NCBI RefSeq assembly: GCF_031769215.1
Contig: NW_026781864.1
Location: 310,001-374,000 of the forward strand
Direction of reading: 5' to 3'
Length of the DNA stretch: 64,000 nucleotides
Source of the DNA: Ylistrum balloti
Lineage: Eukaryota
Both the position numbers and the translations under genes were made by a program. Positions 24,796 to 37,343 of the stretch are shown piece after piece. Positions within the stretch are counted from its first letter, which is position 1. The number at the start of each line of letters is the position of its first letter. The notes beneath the pieces were generated by a model. The model ran no database searches and was not told the DNA's origin. It saw only the letters and a program-made list of their open reading frames with translations.

Positions 24796-25659
24796 GATGT
24801 TATGAAGGGTTCATATTAAGACAATTATATCCTTGTACATGTTAAAACATTGTGTACCTGGGATTGTTTACTATGCCATGAGCCTCAGACTCCTGCAGCC
24901 GATTACAATGCATGAGAAAATGGCTGAGTATGAGTCTGTTGAATTATATTGGACGATTGTTGAGAGTAGAACAGCAAAATTTGATGAAGGTTAATGCTTG
25001 TTCCACTGATGAGTGTGTTTACTATTTGTAAGCGAGGGTTACATTGACTGTAATTGAGATAGATACATGTACTGGGATCTCATCATCACAGGGGCCCCTC
25101 TGTGTGACCCGTTTCTGCGATCCATTATACTGCTTTAATTGGATTGCTATGAGTTACTAGTTCTATTGATACAAATATGCCATATATATTTCAAAAATAA
25201 TTTGATATTTCCATATCCAATATAACTATCATTAACAAGGGGAGATAAATTGGTGATTTATCATGCAGTTATAGACCCAACCCCATTCTCAGTTAGTCTT
25301 AAAATGTTTTGATTTTGGAAAAATGAAATTGAAAATTATGGGTTCATTATCAACCTTCTTTTTTGTGCCAGAATACGGAAAGTTATTTTTATTGATGAAG
25401 TAATTGATGAAAATCTATGTTTGAAAATATTTTTTTCATTCAATCAGATGTAGTGTTGTTGTGTAGCTGCTGAAGCTCAACTGCTTAGCCAATTATACGT
25501 TTATTATCGCCATGTTTCTACACGGCCACCCCAGCTTCATGTAGTCATCATTAGAATGTTACAGAACTGATAGGAGACCAAAAAGTGATTAATTCAACTT
25601 AAAATCATTTCTAGAACAATTTTTTCTCATGTTTATTGATTTGAACAAAGAGGGATTTG

Positions 25660-26675
25660 GACACAATGTCTGTACATTTAACATAGTGTGGCTACATTTG
25701 AACACAGTGTTGGTATGTTTAAACACAGTGTTTGTACATTTAAATACAGTGTGTCTACATTTGAACACAGTGTTGGTATGTTTAAACACAGTGTTTGTAC
25801 ATTTAAATACAGTGTGGCTACACTTGAACACAATGTGGGTAAATGTGAACACATGTGGGTACACTTGAACACAATGTGGCTAAATGTGAACACATGTGGG
25901 TACACTTGAACACAATGTGGGCAGAACACAATGTGATTACACTTGAACACAATGTGGGTAAATGTGAACACAGTGTTGGTACATTGAACACAACGTGGCT
26001 AAATGTGAACACAGTATGGGTACACTTGAACACAATGTGGCTAAATGTGAACACAGTGTGGATACACTTGAACACAATGTGGGTAGAACACAATGTGGGT
26101 AAATGTGAACACAGTGTGGGTACACTTGAACACATAGTAGGTAGAACACAATGTGAGTACACTTGAACACAATGTGGCTAAATGTGAACACAGTGTGGAT
26201 ACACTTGAACACAATGTGGGTAGAACACAATGTGATTACACTTGAACACAATGTTGGTAAATGTGAACAGTGTGAGTACACTTGAACACAATGTGTGTAA
26301 ATGTGAACACAGTGTGAGTACACTTGAACACAATGTGGGTAAATGTGAACACAGTGTTGGTACACTTAAACACAATGTGGGTAAATGTGAACACAGTGTG
26401 GGTACACTTGAACTCAATGTGGGTAAATGTGAACACAGTGTGAGTACACTTGAACACAATGTGGGTAAATGTGAACACAGTGTGGGTACACTTGAACACA
26501 ATGTGGGTAAATGTGAACACATTGTGGGTACACTTGAACACAATGTGGGTAAATGTGAACACAGTGTGGGTACACTTAAACACAGTGTGGGTAAATGTGA
26601 ACACAGTGTGGGTACACTTGAACACAATGTGGGTAAATGTGAACACAGTGTGGGTACACTTGAACACAATGTAGA
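25660..26675. repeat. 21/42-bp compound minisatellite
   Basis: ACACTTGAACACAATGTGGGT and AAATGTGAACACAGTGTGGGT sub-units. Confidence 0.95.
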
Positions 26676-28100
26676 TATATTTGAAATGTGTTGGTTCTTT
26701 AGTAACAAGGGGTCTGTTATCATATTTGATTGAAATGGACATAAAAAAAAAGAAGTGACAATGTACAATCTATTACTTTTCCTGACTTTTATGTATACTT
26801 TCAGGCTAAGTGAGCTTAAGTCTTTCCTGCATCCTTAAGTGTTTATGTCATATCTATTTGGTGGACGGGATCATACAGTGTTACCCATGTCCACCCACCC
26901 CATTCTTCCAAGTTCCAACTCATTGTCATTCATTCAGAAACTGGCAATGGATTCACTAACCAATAGTATCATAGCATCAAGTTCCACCTTATGTAAAGAT
27001 GGTCACCACGAGTCAAGGTAACAGGGTCAAAGGTCACGTTACAGGGTCAAAGGTCACATTTCATCAAACAATAATACGTTTATGCATCGGAGCATGGATG
27101 GTTGTGTCTTACAAACATTTACTAGTCTTTAGGATCATTGACTTTTAAACTACTCTCAGTACTAAAGCAATTGACCACAAGACTTTATCAGAATCAGCAG
27201 TATTCGTTAAGTAAGACTTGTAATATCAATAATCTGATGCTCTTTATACCTGGAATGTCAGTTACTCTCACCGCTCACTTAAGTGTATGCTGTGACAGAG
27301 GCCAGGGCCGTTATCCCAAGCTGTGGCTGTTTGTACACTGGAGCTGCTCTAATTAAGTCCCCAGACGTTTAGAAACATAACAATGCGGGAAGTGCGACTA
27401 ATTGCCATCTATTTTTATGGCAATTTTGTTACGTCCCGCATCTCGAAACTTTGATTGGAGCATCACTGACGTCACCATGGCAATGATAAAGTGACATTGT
27501 ACACAGTCTTGGTAATCAGCAAGATGTAACACGAGAAATATTTGTCATCTAAATTCTGAATGATATGCATTTTGTATGATTTCTGGTGTAAAGTGTGTAT
27601 TGGATGGACGTCATTTGCCTGACACCCACGATAGTTTACAACTATGGGAGTTGGGGAATAGAAGTTTGTGGGGGCGGAAATTACTGTAGGTTCAATGTCA
27701 CCAACTTTATCACTGATATTTCTTTACTTCCGATCAGTATGTGAAGTTTCAAATTGATTTTTTTTTTTTAGATCTTATATAGTCAAAATAATATTCAAAC
27801 ATTACAGAGAAAATCATTTGGATTCATGCAGATGTGATAGCTATATACAATAGAATTGATTATAAGGTCTTTTTCCTTGATGACTTTTTAAAACACCCTG
27901 TCACCCTTGATTTTGATGGGCTATGACTAAATATTAGAGAGTAGAATTAGGCAACACTGCTTTCTCCTCTGACACAGATCACAAGAGAAGAGAACTTTGT
28001 AAGATGTAGCATTGTAATAAATTTCATATTTGATATAATGTGTACAGGGTTATTGTCTATTGAGGCCAATATTGTTGTACAAATTTTCTCAGGTTAACAT

Positions 28101-28260
28101 TTAACCCTTTCAGCGCCGTAGGTGACTAAAGTCGAGATGCAGACAGGCCGCCATAGGTGACTTCGGTCGACAATTTTTCCGACGTTTTCTGATATTTTCC
28201 GGAAAATATTTGGCTCTGAGCTGTACATTGTAAGAGATAAATTGGCACTGAAAGGGTTAA
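28101..28260. mobile_element. piggyBac-like MITE, 152 bp between TTAA duplications
   Basis: TTAA|CCCTTTCAGCGCC ... GGCACTGAAAGGG|TTAA: 13-bp TIRs with one mismatch, CCC/GGG termini and a TTAA TSD. Confidence 0.85.
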
Positions 28261-28360
28261 GTGCTTTGACCTCATTGAAGGTTAACAATTGTATAAGATC
28301 CCTGTGCATGCAGACGAGAGTCGCTTTGATGATTATTAATACTTCCTTGTTTCGTTACAG

Positions 28361-28543
28361 TTCGGCATTTGATGTTGAAAAAGTAAAACAAACAGAAAAG
28401 AGTAAGAAGAGTTCAATCAGCCCAAGTCACCTGCCAGAAACTTTAATAGCCAAAAAAGTCACGAGGTCAAGGTCAAAGTCTCCTAAGGTTACAAGGAGGT
28501 CACCATCATCTTCATCAGATAGCTCCCGCAGTCCAAACCTAAG
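28361..28543 (+). CDS. Srrm234: Srrm2/3/4 exon (SAFDVEKVKQTEKSKKSS...VTRSRSKSPKVTRRSPSSSSDSSRSPNL)
   Basis: Acceptor TTCGTTACAG| and donor AAG|GTAGCC; 183 nt, phase 2-2, RS/SP-rich. Confidence 0.85.
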
Positions 28544-28609
28544 GTAGCCTTTTTACCTCTACAGCTTAAAAGCTAAGTGAGATTAGTACACAGTGTTATT
28601 TTTTGTTGT

Positions 28610-28938
28610 TCATTTGGAATCAGTATTTACCTTTAAATTATCCTTCTGAATAACCAAAAGGCTTAGGAACCAGCATATTGAACCAGTATCACATGAGGGT
28701 AAAGGACACCAAGTTTGTTGAAATGAATGACAGTGACCTATTTTCAAGATCACAGCTGTCAAAAGATCTTTTAAAATTTCTGTTGAATAATTAACCAATG
28801 GGCCTAGGATAATGATTTTTTTATTGGAAAGAGGAAATATCAGTTTTGTGATAAACATGAAAAGTTTTCATCCTTAAACTTCCACCAAATTAAGCGACAA
28901 AATAATCATGCTGTGCAGGCCTATTTGGCCTCTTGTTT
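28610..28938 (+). mobile_element. Partial HINE-like element
   Basis: Terminal hairpin CAGGCCTATTTGGCCTCTTGTT; internal similarity to the 16250 copy. Confidence 0.55.
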
Positions 28939-29759
28939 GATTACACTTAATAAGGTATTGCCAACAACTTATCTCTAACTTCATTGGAAGTACAATGTTA
29001 CATTATGCCCCTTTTGTTTTTTCTTTCATTTTTTTTTTTTTTTTTTTGAGAGGGTGGATGGGTATATAGTTCTAACCATGTCCATCGGTCTTGTCCTGTT
29101 AAGATTCAGTGCTACGTTTGTTTAAATCTTGTTGGTATTCAGTTAAAGTTAAAAGGTCAAAGGTCACATTATGAACGGGAGCAAGTTCATTCACACCTTA
29201 CTGCCATTTTCTGGTTTTACTAAAGAGGAACAGTGAGTGGCTGTGTCATTAATCATTCTCTATCACCCCTTACCACCTGGGGAATTTGTCAAATCATAAA
29301 GGTTATATGGAAGTATTGCTTTTAGGTGTCTCAAACCACTACCCTGAAATGATGGACTTATATAGATATTTTATAACAAAAATAAAGTATCTATGTCTCG
29401 ACATTTGACCCTGGTGGGGGAATGTACTTTATTATAGCTCTGGACAGGACGACAAGCTAATAAGGAGGTCTGAGATACATGAGGCACAATAGGCCTGCAT
29501 CCTAGAGGCTGTCGGTTAAATCAATTTTTGCAAACTTTATTTCAGAAAGACCATTTTGCATTTTTGCTATTACACAATAATCAAAGATCTATGCCCTTGA
29601 AAGTGTGTCAAAATTATCTATCAAATTCTACTTTGTATCCCTTTATCTCTGCATACCTCTAACGTAATATGAGGATGCGTGGAAGCTTGGTTATTCAGAA
29701 GAAGTTGATTAAAAATTTGTAGAAATTTGGCCCTTGTGACGTTGGGAGTTGGTGACATC

Positions 29760-30380
29760 CTCTTTATCCAAGCATGCTAGTGTCCCAGAAATAGGACGCT
29801 GTGCCTCTTATCCAAGCATGCTAGTGTCCCAGTGATAGGACGCTGTGCCTCTTATCCAAGCATGCTAGTGTCCCAGAAATAGGACCCTGTGCCTCTTATC
29901 CAAGCATGCTAGTGTCCCAGTGATAGGACGCTGTGCCTCTTATCCAAGCATGCTAGTGTCCCAGAAATAGGACCCTGTGCCTCTTATCCAAGCATGCTAG
30001 TGTCCCAGTAATAGGACACTGTGCCTCTTATCCAAGCATGCTAGTGTCCCAGAAATAGGACACTGTGCCTCTTATCCAAGCATGCTAGTGTCCCAGAAAT
30101 AGGACCCTGTGCCTCTTATCCAAGCATGCTAGTGTCCCAGAAATAGGACCCTGTGCCTCTTATCCAAGCATGCTAGTGTCCCAGTAATAGGACACTGTGC
30201 CTCTTATCCAAGCATGCTAGTGTCCCAGTAATAGGACACTGTGCCTCTTATCCAAGCATGCTAGTGTCCCAGTAATAGGACCCTGTGCCTCTTATCCAAG
30301 CATGCTAGTGTCCCAGTAATAGGACACTGTGCCTCTTATCCAAGCATGCTAGTGTCCCAGTAATAGGACACTGTGCCTCT
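29760..30380. repeat. 44-bp minisatellite, about 14 copies
   Basis: TTATCCAAGCATGCTAGTGTCCCAG at 29764, 29808 and onward. Confidence 0.95.
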
Positions 30381-31129
30381 TTCTTATTCAGAAAGAAATT
30401 GTTAAAGAGGAAAAGTTGACTTCGCCTTAAATATGGCACACAAATGGGTGATAGGTGAAGTGCCAAAACCTGAGCTCTTCTGAGCTAAGAATGGTTGATG
30501 AAGGGATATAACACTGTGGTATATAACTCACAGGTTGTCCACACATTGCTATTTGTTCTGTAGCTCTACAACTGTCTAGGTCGGGTCTAGGTGTTGTAAT
30601 TGTCTGATGTCTAGATGTCAAGGATTTTCGTGTGACAATACAATCAAGATCTTGTTCACTTCCTTATCGTTCTCTATAAAAAAATCATTTCAGAATTCAC
30701 ATAATATATCTATGCATAAAATCTGTATAATTGGATTCTGATGTGATAGGGGAGTGGCTATTAAAAGCAAACCTTAAAACTCTTCATCGACATACCTATA
30801 TGTCAGTGTGCTGAAAGTAGGGTTTACGTTGTTTTATGAGTAACTGGTCTATTGGTGACTAATATCCAAGGTCGTTGTCCTCTCATTCTATATATATATA
30901 GATTGTCTTCCAACCCTTCCTTATTTAAGAAACTTTTAAACAAAAATCATTTGGTAAAATCAAAATATTACTCAATTGCTCTAAAAAGATTAGATAATGA
31001 ATAAAAGATAAAAAACGCCCTCACAAACACATTTTTTGGTTATGACCTAAAGAGTAAATCAAGTGAAATTTACATAACACATGTGTTTTTGAAAGCAGAT
31101 CAAGGTTTACAAACATTCTTGAACTTCTC

Positions 31130-31747
31130 CCAAGTAACTTAGTTGACTGTATCATATTTCAGTGCAGTTATCTGGAAATTGTTTGATCATTTGACCCTTG
31201 TGACCCTGACATATTTCAGTGCAGTTATTTCGAAGTTGTTTTATCATTTGACCCTTGTGACCCTGAACGTAAGTTGAGGTTATTTATTAGAACAAACATG
31301 GCAGCCTCTTATCCCAGCATACAACAGGCCCAATATCAGCAACCTAGGCCTCTTGTATATTGAGAACAAATTGTATAACATTTGAAAGATATTTACCCTA
31401 GTGGCCTTGAAATTGGGTCCGAGTCATTCACTTACTTATTTACAAACATGTTAGAACTTCATTTCATCGTGCTACATGCCCAATATTAGTTTCCTGTGCG
31501 TACTGAGAAGTTATTTTGAAGATTTGACCTAAATTGATATATGTGACCTTGAAAGAGGGTCAAGGTCATTCATTTGAATAAATTTGGTAATTCTTCACCC
31601 CAGCATGCTGCAAGTCCATTATTAGTATCCTGGACCTCTTGGTTATTGAGAAGAAGTTTTCTAATGTAAATTGTTGACAACGGAGGAATGACAGATGCCA
31701 CACTATCACATAAGCTAACTTACCTGTCAGGCTGGTTAGCTTAAAAG
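31130..31747 (-). mobile_element. HINE-like element, minus orientation
   Basis: End hairpin AAGCTAAC..GTTAGCTTAAAA and internal TTTGACCCTTGTGACC motifs shared with fragments at about 41680-42150. Confidence 0.6.
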
Positions 31748-31888
31748 CATCTACACATCAGGATTACTTAGAGTATCCTAATTCTGTCTTTGCTTGCCAT
31801 GTAAATCTGTATAGGGTCCTTAACACATACGTTACACCAATGTGACACACCTATCTTATAATATTTAAATGTATGTTTTTACTTACAG

Positions 31889-31963
31889 GAAGAAAACACT
31901 GAAAACTAATGGCCATAACACAGCTTCACAACACAAACGAAGTCCCAGCTCATCTTCCTCTAG
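31889..31963 (+). CDS. Srrm234: Srrm2/3/4 75-nt exon (KKTLKTNGHNTASQHKRSPSSSSS)
   Basis: Acceptor TTTTTACTTACAG| and donor TAG|GTCAGG; phase 2-2, in frame with both neighbours. Confidence 0.75.
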
Positions 31964-32021
31964 GTCAGGTCTCTTGTCATCAGAAGAATGTCAAATGATG
32001 TATCATGATCTCATGTATCAA

Positions 32022-32302
32022 TATGTCTGTTGTCATGATAAAGATGTCTGTTGTCATGATAAAGATGTCTGTTGTCATGATAAAGATGTCTGTTGTCATG
32101 ATAAAGATTTGTCTGTTGTCATGATAAAGATTTGTCTGTTGTCATGATAAAGATGTCTGTTGTCATGATAAAGATTTGTCTGTTGTCATGATAAAGATGT
32201 CTGTTGTCATGATAAAGATGTCTGTTGTCATGATAAAGATGTCTGTTGTCAGGATAAAGATTTGTCTGTTGTCATGATAAATATATGTCTGTTGTCATGA
32301 TA
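32022..32302. repeat. 21-23-bp minisatellite
   Basis: GTCTGTTGTCATGATAAAGAT repeated, starting about 60 nt after the exon donor. Confidence 0.95.
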
Positions 32303-32658
32303 TCATGAGATTTTCATTGCCATAGTGAAGATCATTTTTAAAGCCAAGATATTTTTGTCTAGAAAAATAATTGTCATAATAAAGATATATGTATGCTATA
32401 GAAATTGATAGATTTTTAGGTCACAAAGTCTCATTGTGACCTTTTGCAATCACTTTTATCTGGCATTGTAAATCAGTGAACAATTTAACATTTTCAACTT
32501 CTTCTCTTTTCATTTCAGTGATTTTGACAGGGCCGCTTAATTAGTAAAAATTAGATGTGCACTATTTATTCCTGATATAGGGTATTGTTGTGTATTTCTA
32601 CCAGTAAATGATGACAAACATTTAGAAAGCCAGTGCTGATGATGGATATGTTTTACAG

Positions 32659-32913
32659 GTCACCAGATCCATCCCACAAGCGCCTTAGTCGGTCTCTTAG
32701 TTACTCCCCTGCTGAAGGTCAGAAGACAAGGGAGTCAGCTGCCTCTCCTAAACTAACTTACAAATCTCCCTCCCCAGTCCCTCGACACTCACGGCCCTCA
32801 AGGTCAAGGTCACGCAGTCGCCGACACAAGTCCTCTTCATGGTCAAGGTCACGCTCCAGGACCAAGTCAAGTTCAAGATCAAGATCAAGGACACATTCAA
32901 GAAACAGAAAAAG
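32659..32913 (+). CDS. Srrm234: Srrm2/3/4 RS-domain exon (SPDPSHKRLSRSLSYSP...SRSRSRTHSRNRK)
   Basis: Acceptor TTTTACAG| and donor AAG|GTGCAA; 255 nt, phase 2-2, dense RS dipeptides. Confidence 0.9.
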
Positions 32914-33164
32914 GTGCAATGCTTCTTTGATCAAAGCCTATTTAATGACAATTACCAGAATAGATTTTAGATTATAGAAAACAGAGTGACCTATTTCTTT
33001 GTTCTTTGGAATAATTATATTACAAATTGTATTTTAGATCATTTTTATGAATCATTTAGGAAGCCTGAACCAAAATATTCTGTTATGTTCAGACCAGTGA
33101 ACTCTAAAATGAGAAATATCTATATATTCTCTGTTCATCATTGCTTTCACTTCTTATCAAAACC

Positions 33165-33547
33165 TAATTAGAACTGGGAGAATTAGAACTGAGAGAATTA
33201 GAACTGGGAGAATTAGAACTGGGAGAATTAGAACTGAGAGAATTAGAACTGGGAGAATTAGAACTGGGAGAATTAGAACTGGGAGAATTAGAACTGAGAG
33301 AATTATAACTGAGAGAATTAGAACTGGGAGAATTAGAACTGAGAGAATTAGAACTGGGAGAATTAGAACTGGGAGAATTAGAACTGGGAGAATTAGAACT
33401 GAGAGAATTAGAACTGAGAGAATTAGAACTGAGAGAATTAGAACTGGGAGAATTAGAACTGGGAGAATTAGAACTGAGAGAATTAGAACTGGGAGAATTA
33501 GAACTGGGAGAATTAGAACTGAGAGAATTAGAACTGAGAGAATTATA
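33165..33547. repeat. 15-bp minisatellite, about 25 copies
   Basis: GAGAATTAGAACTG(G/A) repeated; source of the (ILPVL/ILSVL)n ORF. Confidence 0.97.
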
Positions 33548-34200
33548 CAGGCATTTTCTGCCACTATTAGATGATAGGATAAGGTTTTAAAACTTGAAAA
33601 CAGGCAGGGGTACAGGTCGCCCCCTCTTGTGTCTGTTAAACACAGATTTCTTTAGTGAAGTGGATGATAAACCTCTACGCCAGTCTTTAACACATAGAGC
33701 CTATCAGATGTGGGATATCACTGAGAGGAAATACTGTGTTTGGTCACTATTTTTTACAATATCATCAGATCAGTTGAGCACTCTAAAATGGTCAGGGTCT
33801 GACATCTATCCATGGTCAGTTATACGGTCAGTCAGTCCAGGTCTAAGCAATAGGTGATCATGTTTCTCTAATCCTACTGAAGTGACCCCAATGAACTTGT
33901 ACACAAGATCCTCTTTCTCCTGCAGCTAACAATTTGATATTGACCAGAAAACTAAAATTCATTGTAGCCACACATCTAAAATATTGGATGATAGTAATAA
34001 TGCAGATTCTCGTTTTTCTCTTGGCCATCACTTCAAAAATAGTTCATTTCTCCAGTAGAGCTAATTTGTTGAATGATTCCTATAATGACAAGCAAAGTAA
34101 TCTTTCCTGATGATAGAAAATTTTTTGAAAACTTTTAAGACAGTTACTTAAAGCTCAGTATTCAATATTAACCATAACATATAACATGTCTGTGTTTCAG

Positions 34201-34371
34201 GAGAAGTCGCAGTTACAGTAAGTCGAGGTCAAGGTCTCGAAGTCGCAGCCGTCGCCGTAGTTACAGCAGAAGTGCATCAAGAAGTAGGTCACGGCACCGG
34301 ATGTCTCGGAGCCCCTCAATACGACGTCGGAAGGGCTCGCCTAGTCACCTAGAGAAGCGACGTATTACCAG
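34201..34371 (+). CDS. Srrm234: Srrm2/3/4 exon: RS repeats plus N-terminal half of the eMIC (RRRKGSPSHLEKRRIT)
   Basis: Acceptor TGTTTCAG| and donor CAG|GTACGT; 171 nt. The peptide matches the SRRM3/SRRM4 motif RRRDSPSHLEARRITS (recalled, not database-searched). Confidence 0.95.
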
Positions 34372-34484
34372 GTACGTAGAATGGATTTTATGCTCCCGTT
34401 TGAATCGTTATTCCACGCAGAATTTACCACACCTCTATTACAAGATATTGGCTTGTTATTCAATTATTGGTCGCACTTCCATGA

Positions 34485-34490
34485 AATAAA
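34485..34490 (+). terminator. Candidate intronic polyadenylation signal AATAAA
   Basis: It overlaps the TAA that ends the read-through ORF from exon 34201, and GU/U-rich sequence follows. Confidence 0.45.
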
Positions 34491-35484
34491 GGAATGTGTA
34501 ATATGTATGGGCTGAAGTTATCAGTATATTTACTTAATATCAATATGTGTAGTGTAAACGAACCAAACAGTACAAGTTTTTTATGTGAATACTTTTATGT
34601 TATTATATTGAGAAACTGTATCAATATTCTAGATACCATCTTTACTCCAATAGCATTGCCAAACATGTCATTTCATTTTAATTTTTATATTTTCTTTTAA
34701 TTAAATTTTAAGTTGTTTAAATATCTATTTTCTATAGTTCAATTTTTTTTTTAATTTTTGTTGTTTTTGTTTCTTCATGTTTTTTTGTTGGATGTTGTAT
34801 ATTTTTTCTTTGATTTTCCTGTTGCTATATTTAGGACACAACATTCTGACAGGAATGTACAATCTCACACAATTGGATGTAACCTTGACTACAGGGGTCT
34901 AGTGTGAGGAGACAATTCAGGGGAGGCCACTCTCATAAAATTAAGCAGTCTGGTATATATTTTACCTGGAATGGAGTACATCTTTATATCTTGAATGAAG
35001 ATAGCCTTGTACTAACAAGTGCCCCAGGCTAAAACACTAATATTTCTAGGAATTGAGCTACATGTCCATTGCTATGTCAGACAAATGGGTTTGACTGCTG
35101 CATTATCATATATATACGATTTGCTTCAGAATGTATCCGAACTGTCAAACTATAAATACTAACCAATCATTAGAGGATAAATACAGGAACGAAAAACATG
35201 CTACATAAGCGTTCTAATTTGAAAAAATTTTTAACCAAATTTACTTTCATTATACGTTAACTTAAGTTCACTTTTGAAATTGTATCACAGATGTGACACA
35301 TATATAGTAAGAGATTGGGAGACAGATAGATCTTACTGAAAATATATTACTGTAACAGGTTTGATAACAACAGATTTTATCATTGTATGAAAGACGGAAA
35401 TCAATATAAAATAAAAGATATATCTCATTCACTGCTAACACTGACACTCTCACACCAATAATAAAAGTTAAACTTTTACACTGT

Positions 35485-36062
35485 ACTTACACTCACTCCC
35501 TCACAACAAATTAGTAAAACTTTTACACAATGCTAACATGGAAATTAACTTTCAACTCACTCCCTCACAACAAATTAGTAAAACTTTTACACAGTGCTAA
35601 CATGAAAATTACCTTTCAACTCACTCCCTCACACCAAATTAGTAAAACTTTAACACAGTGCTAACATGAAAATTACCTTTCAACTCACACCCTCACAACA
35701 AATTAGTAAAACTTTTACACAGTGCTAACATGAAAATTACCTTTCAACTCACTCCCTCACAACAAATTAGTACAACTTTTACACAGTGCTAACATGAAAA
35801 TTACCTTTCAACTCACTCCCTCACACCAAATTAGTAAAACTTTTACACAGTGCTAACATGAAAATTACCTTTCAACTCACTCCCTCACAACAAATTAGTA
35901 CAACTTTTACACAGTGCTAACATGAAAATTACCTTTCAACTCACTCCCTCACACCAAATTAGTAAAACTTTTACACAGTGCTAACATGAAAATTACCTTT
36001 CAACTCACTCCCTCACACCAAATTAGTAAAACTTTTACACAATGCTAACATGAAAATTAACG
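35485..36062. repeat. 64-bp minisatellite, about 9 copies
   Basis: CTCACTCCCTCAC at 35492, 35556 and onward. Confidence 0.95.
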
Positions 36063-37343
36063 TTCACACCACTAACTTAATTTCTGCATGCTTTTCTTTG
36101 TAACAATGACTCGATGTGTTAAGGGACCTTGTTTCATTAACACTTGTCTGTGTTTTACCTGATCATTATGATGACAAATCACCCCTTGTCTGTGGTCTGT
36201 TTTGTGTTTTAAAGTCAAGCTTCATCAAATCACCCCTTGTCTGTGATCTGTTTTTTTGTTTTAAAGTCAAGCTGTGGTCTGCTGTCCATTGTTTGTGTCA
36301 TATGAATTTTTCTTCTGGTTGAAATCAAATAACAGTGAAGTTGTGGTTTTCTGTAAAAGCACAAATTTTCATCTCCACAAAAACATTTGATTAAATGTAT
36401 TGGCACCTGTGAAATTCCCTTTAAGATAATGTGCTACTCTTTTCTTGTCTTTGTTTTGCTTCGTAAAAAATGAATTTCTAGTTTCTAGTCGAATGTTTTT
36501 GATGATAGTAATAATTGCACACATCTAGGTATGTGTCCTTCAGCTGCTAGACTTCTGCCTATTGGTACACTAGCACACAGCAGTAAGAATATTAAAATCT
36601 TGTATGCTTCTGTAAACATCGTCAGGTATTCTATACTGCTCTGTAAAAATCATATTTTGTGGTGTTTCAGTTATAAATTGGCATTGTGCTTTCTCTGCCA
36701 TATTTAGAATAACTGAAGAAATATGTCAACATTATGATAAAACAGAAATTATGAGAATGAAACAGTAAAACGAAAAAACCATCAGTATCCATTTTAGGGA
36801 AACACAGAAAAATCCTTGATACAATAACATGTTTTTAGCATACATATGTGCTATCATGGTGAATAAAATATGTGATCGTCACTGTGATGTTCAAATCATG
36901 ATTGATTAATGTGTTGAATTGATATGCCATTTGCCTAATGCCATTTTTTCAAATAACAGATCTTCTTGATCAGATTCCAGACTACTAACACTCTTGTAAA
37001 ATATTTATGTTACTGTGGATGGTATATAGATATATATATATATGTAGAACCTTGCATGAGTTTCCATGCCATGTTATTAAGCCTCACTAGCGGGCCTCTA
37101 GCAGAGCTAAAACTAATTTATAAACAGGTTCATAATACAATATAGAGAGAAGCAGTGGTTATCATATGATAAATTCTTTTGACAAACACTGTTGAACACA
37201 TTATTTTCCATGTAAAATTTTCCTTTATGTGTAAATAATCAGATATGAGAATATTATTTCTGTCAAACAATTTGAAGATGAAGTAACAGTTTGCAGAATT
37301 TGGTTATTTGCCAATAATGTATTTACTTTTAATTTTCATTTAG

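Noticed and set aside
30392-30419. Acceptor TTCTTATTCAG| giving RKKLLKRKS* as an alternative terminal exon
   Set aside because: The pyrimidine tract derives partly from the adjacent minisatellite, and there is no convincing donor or nearby poly(A) signal.
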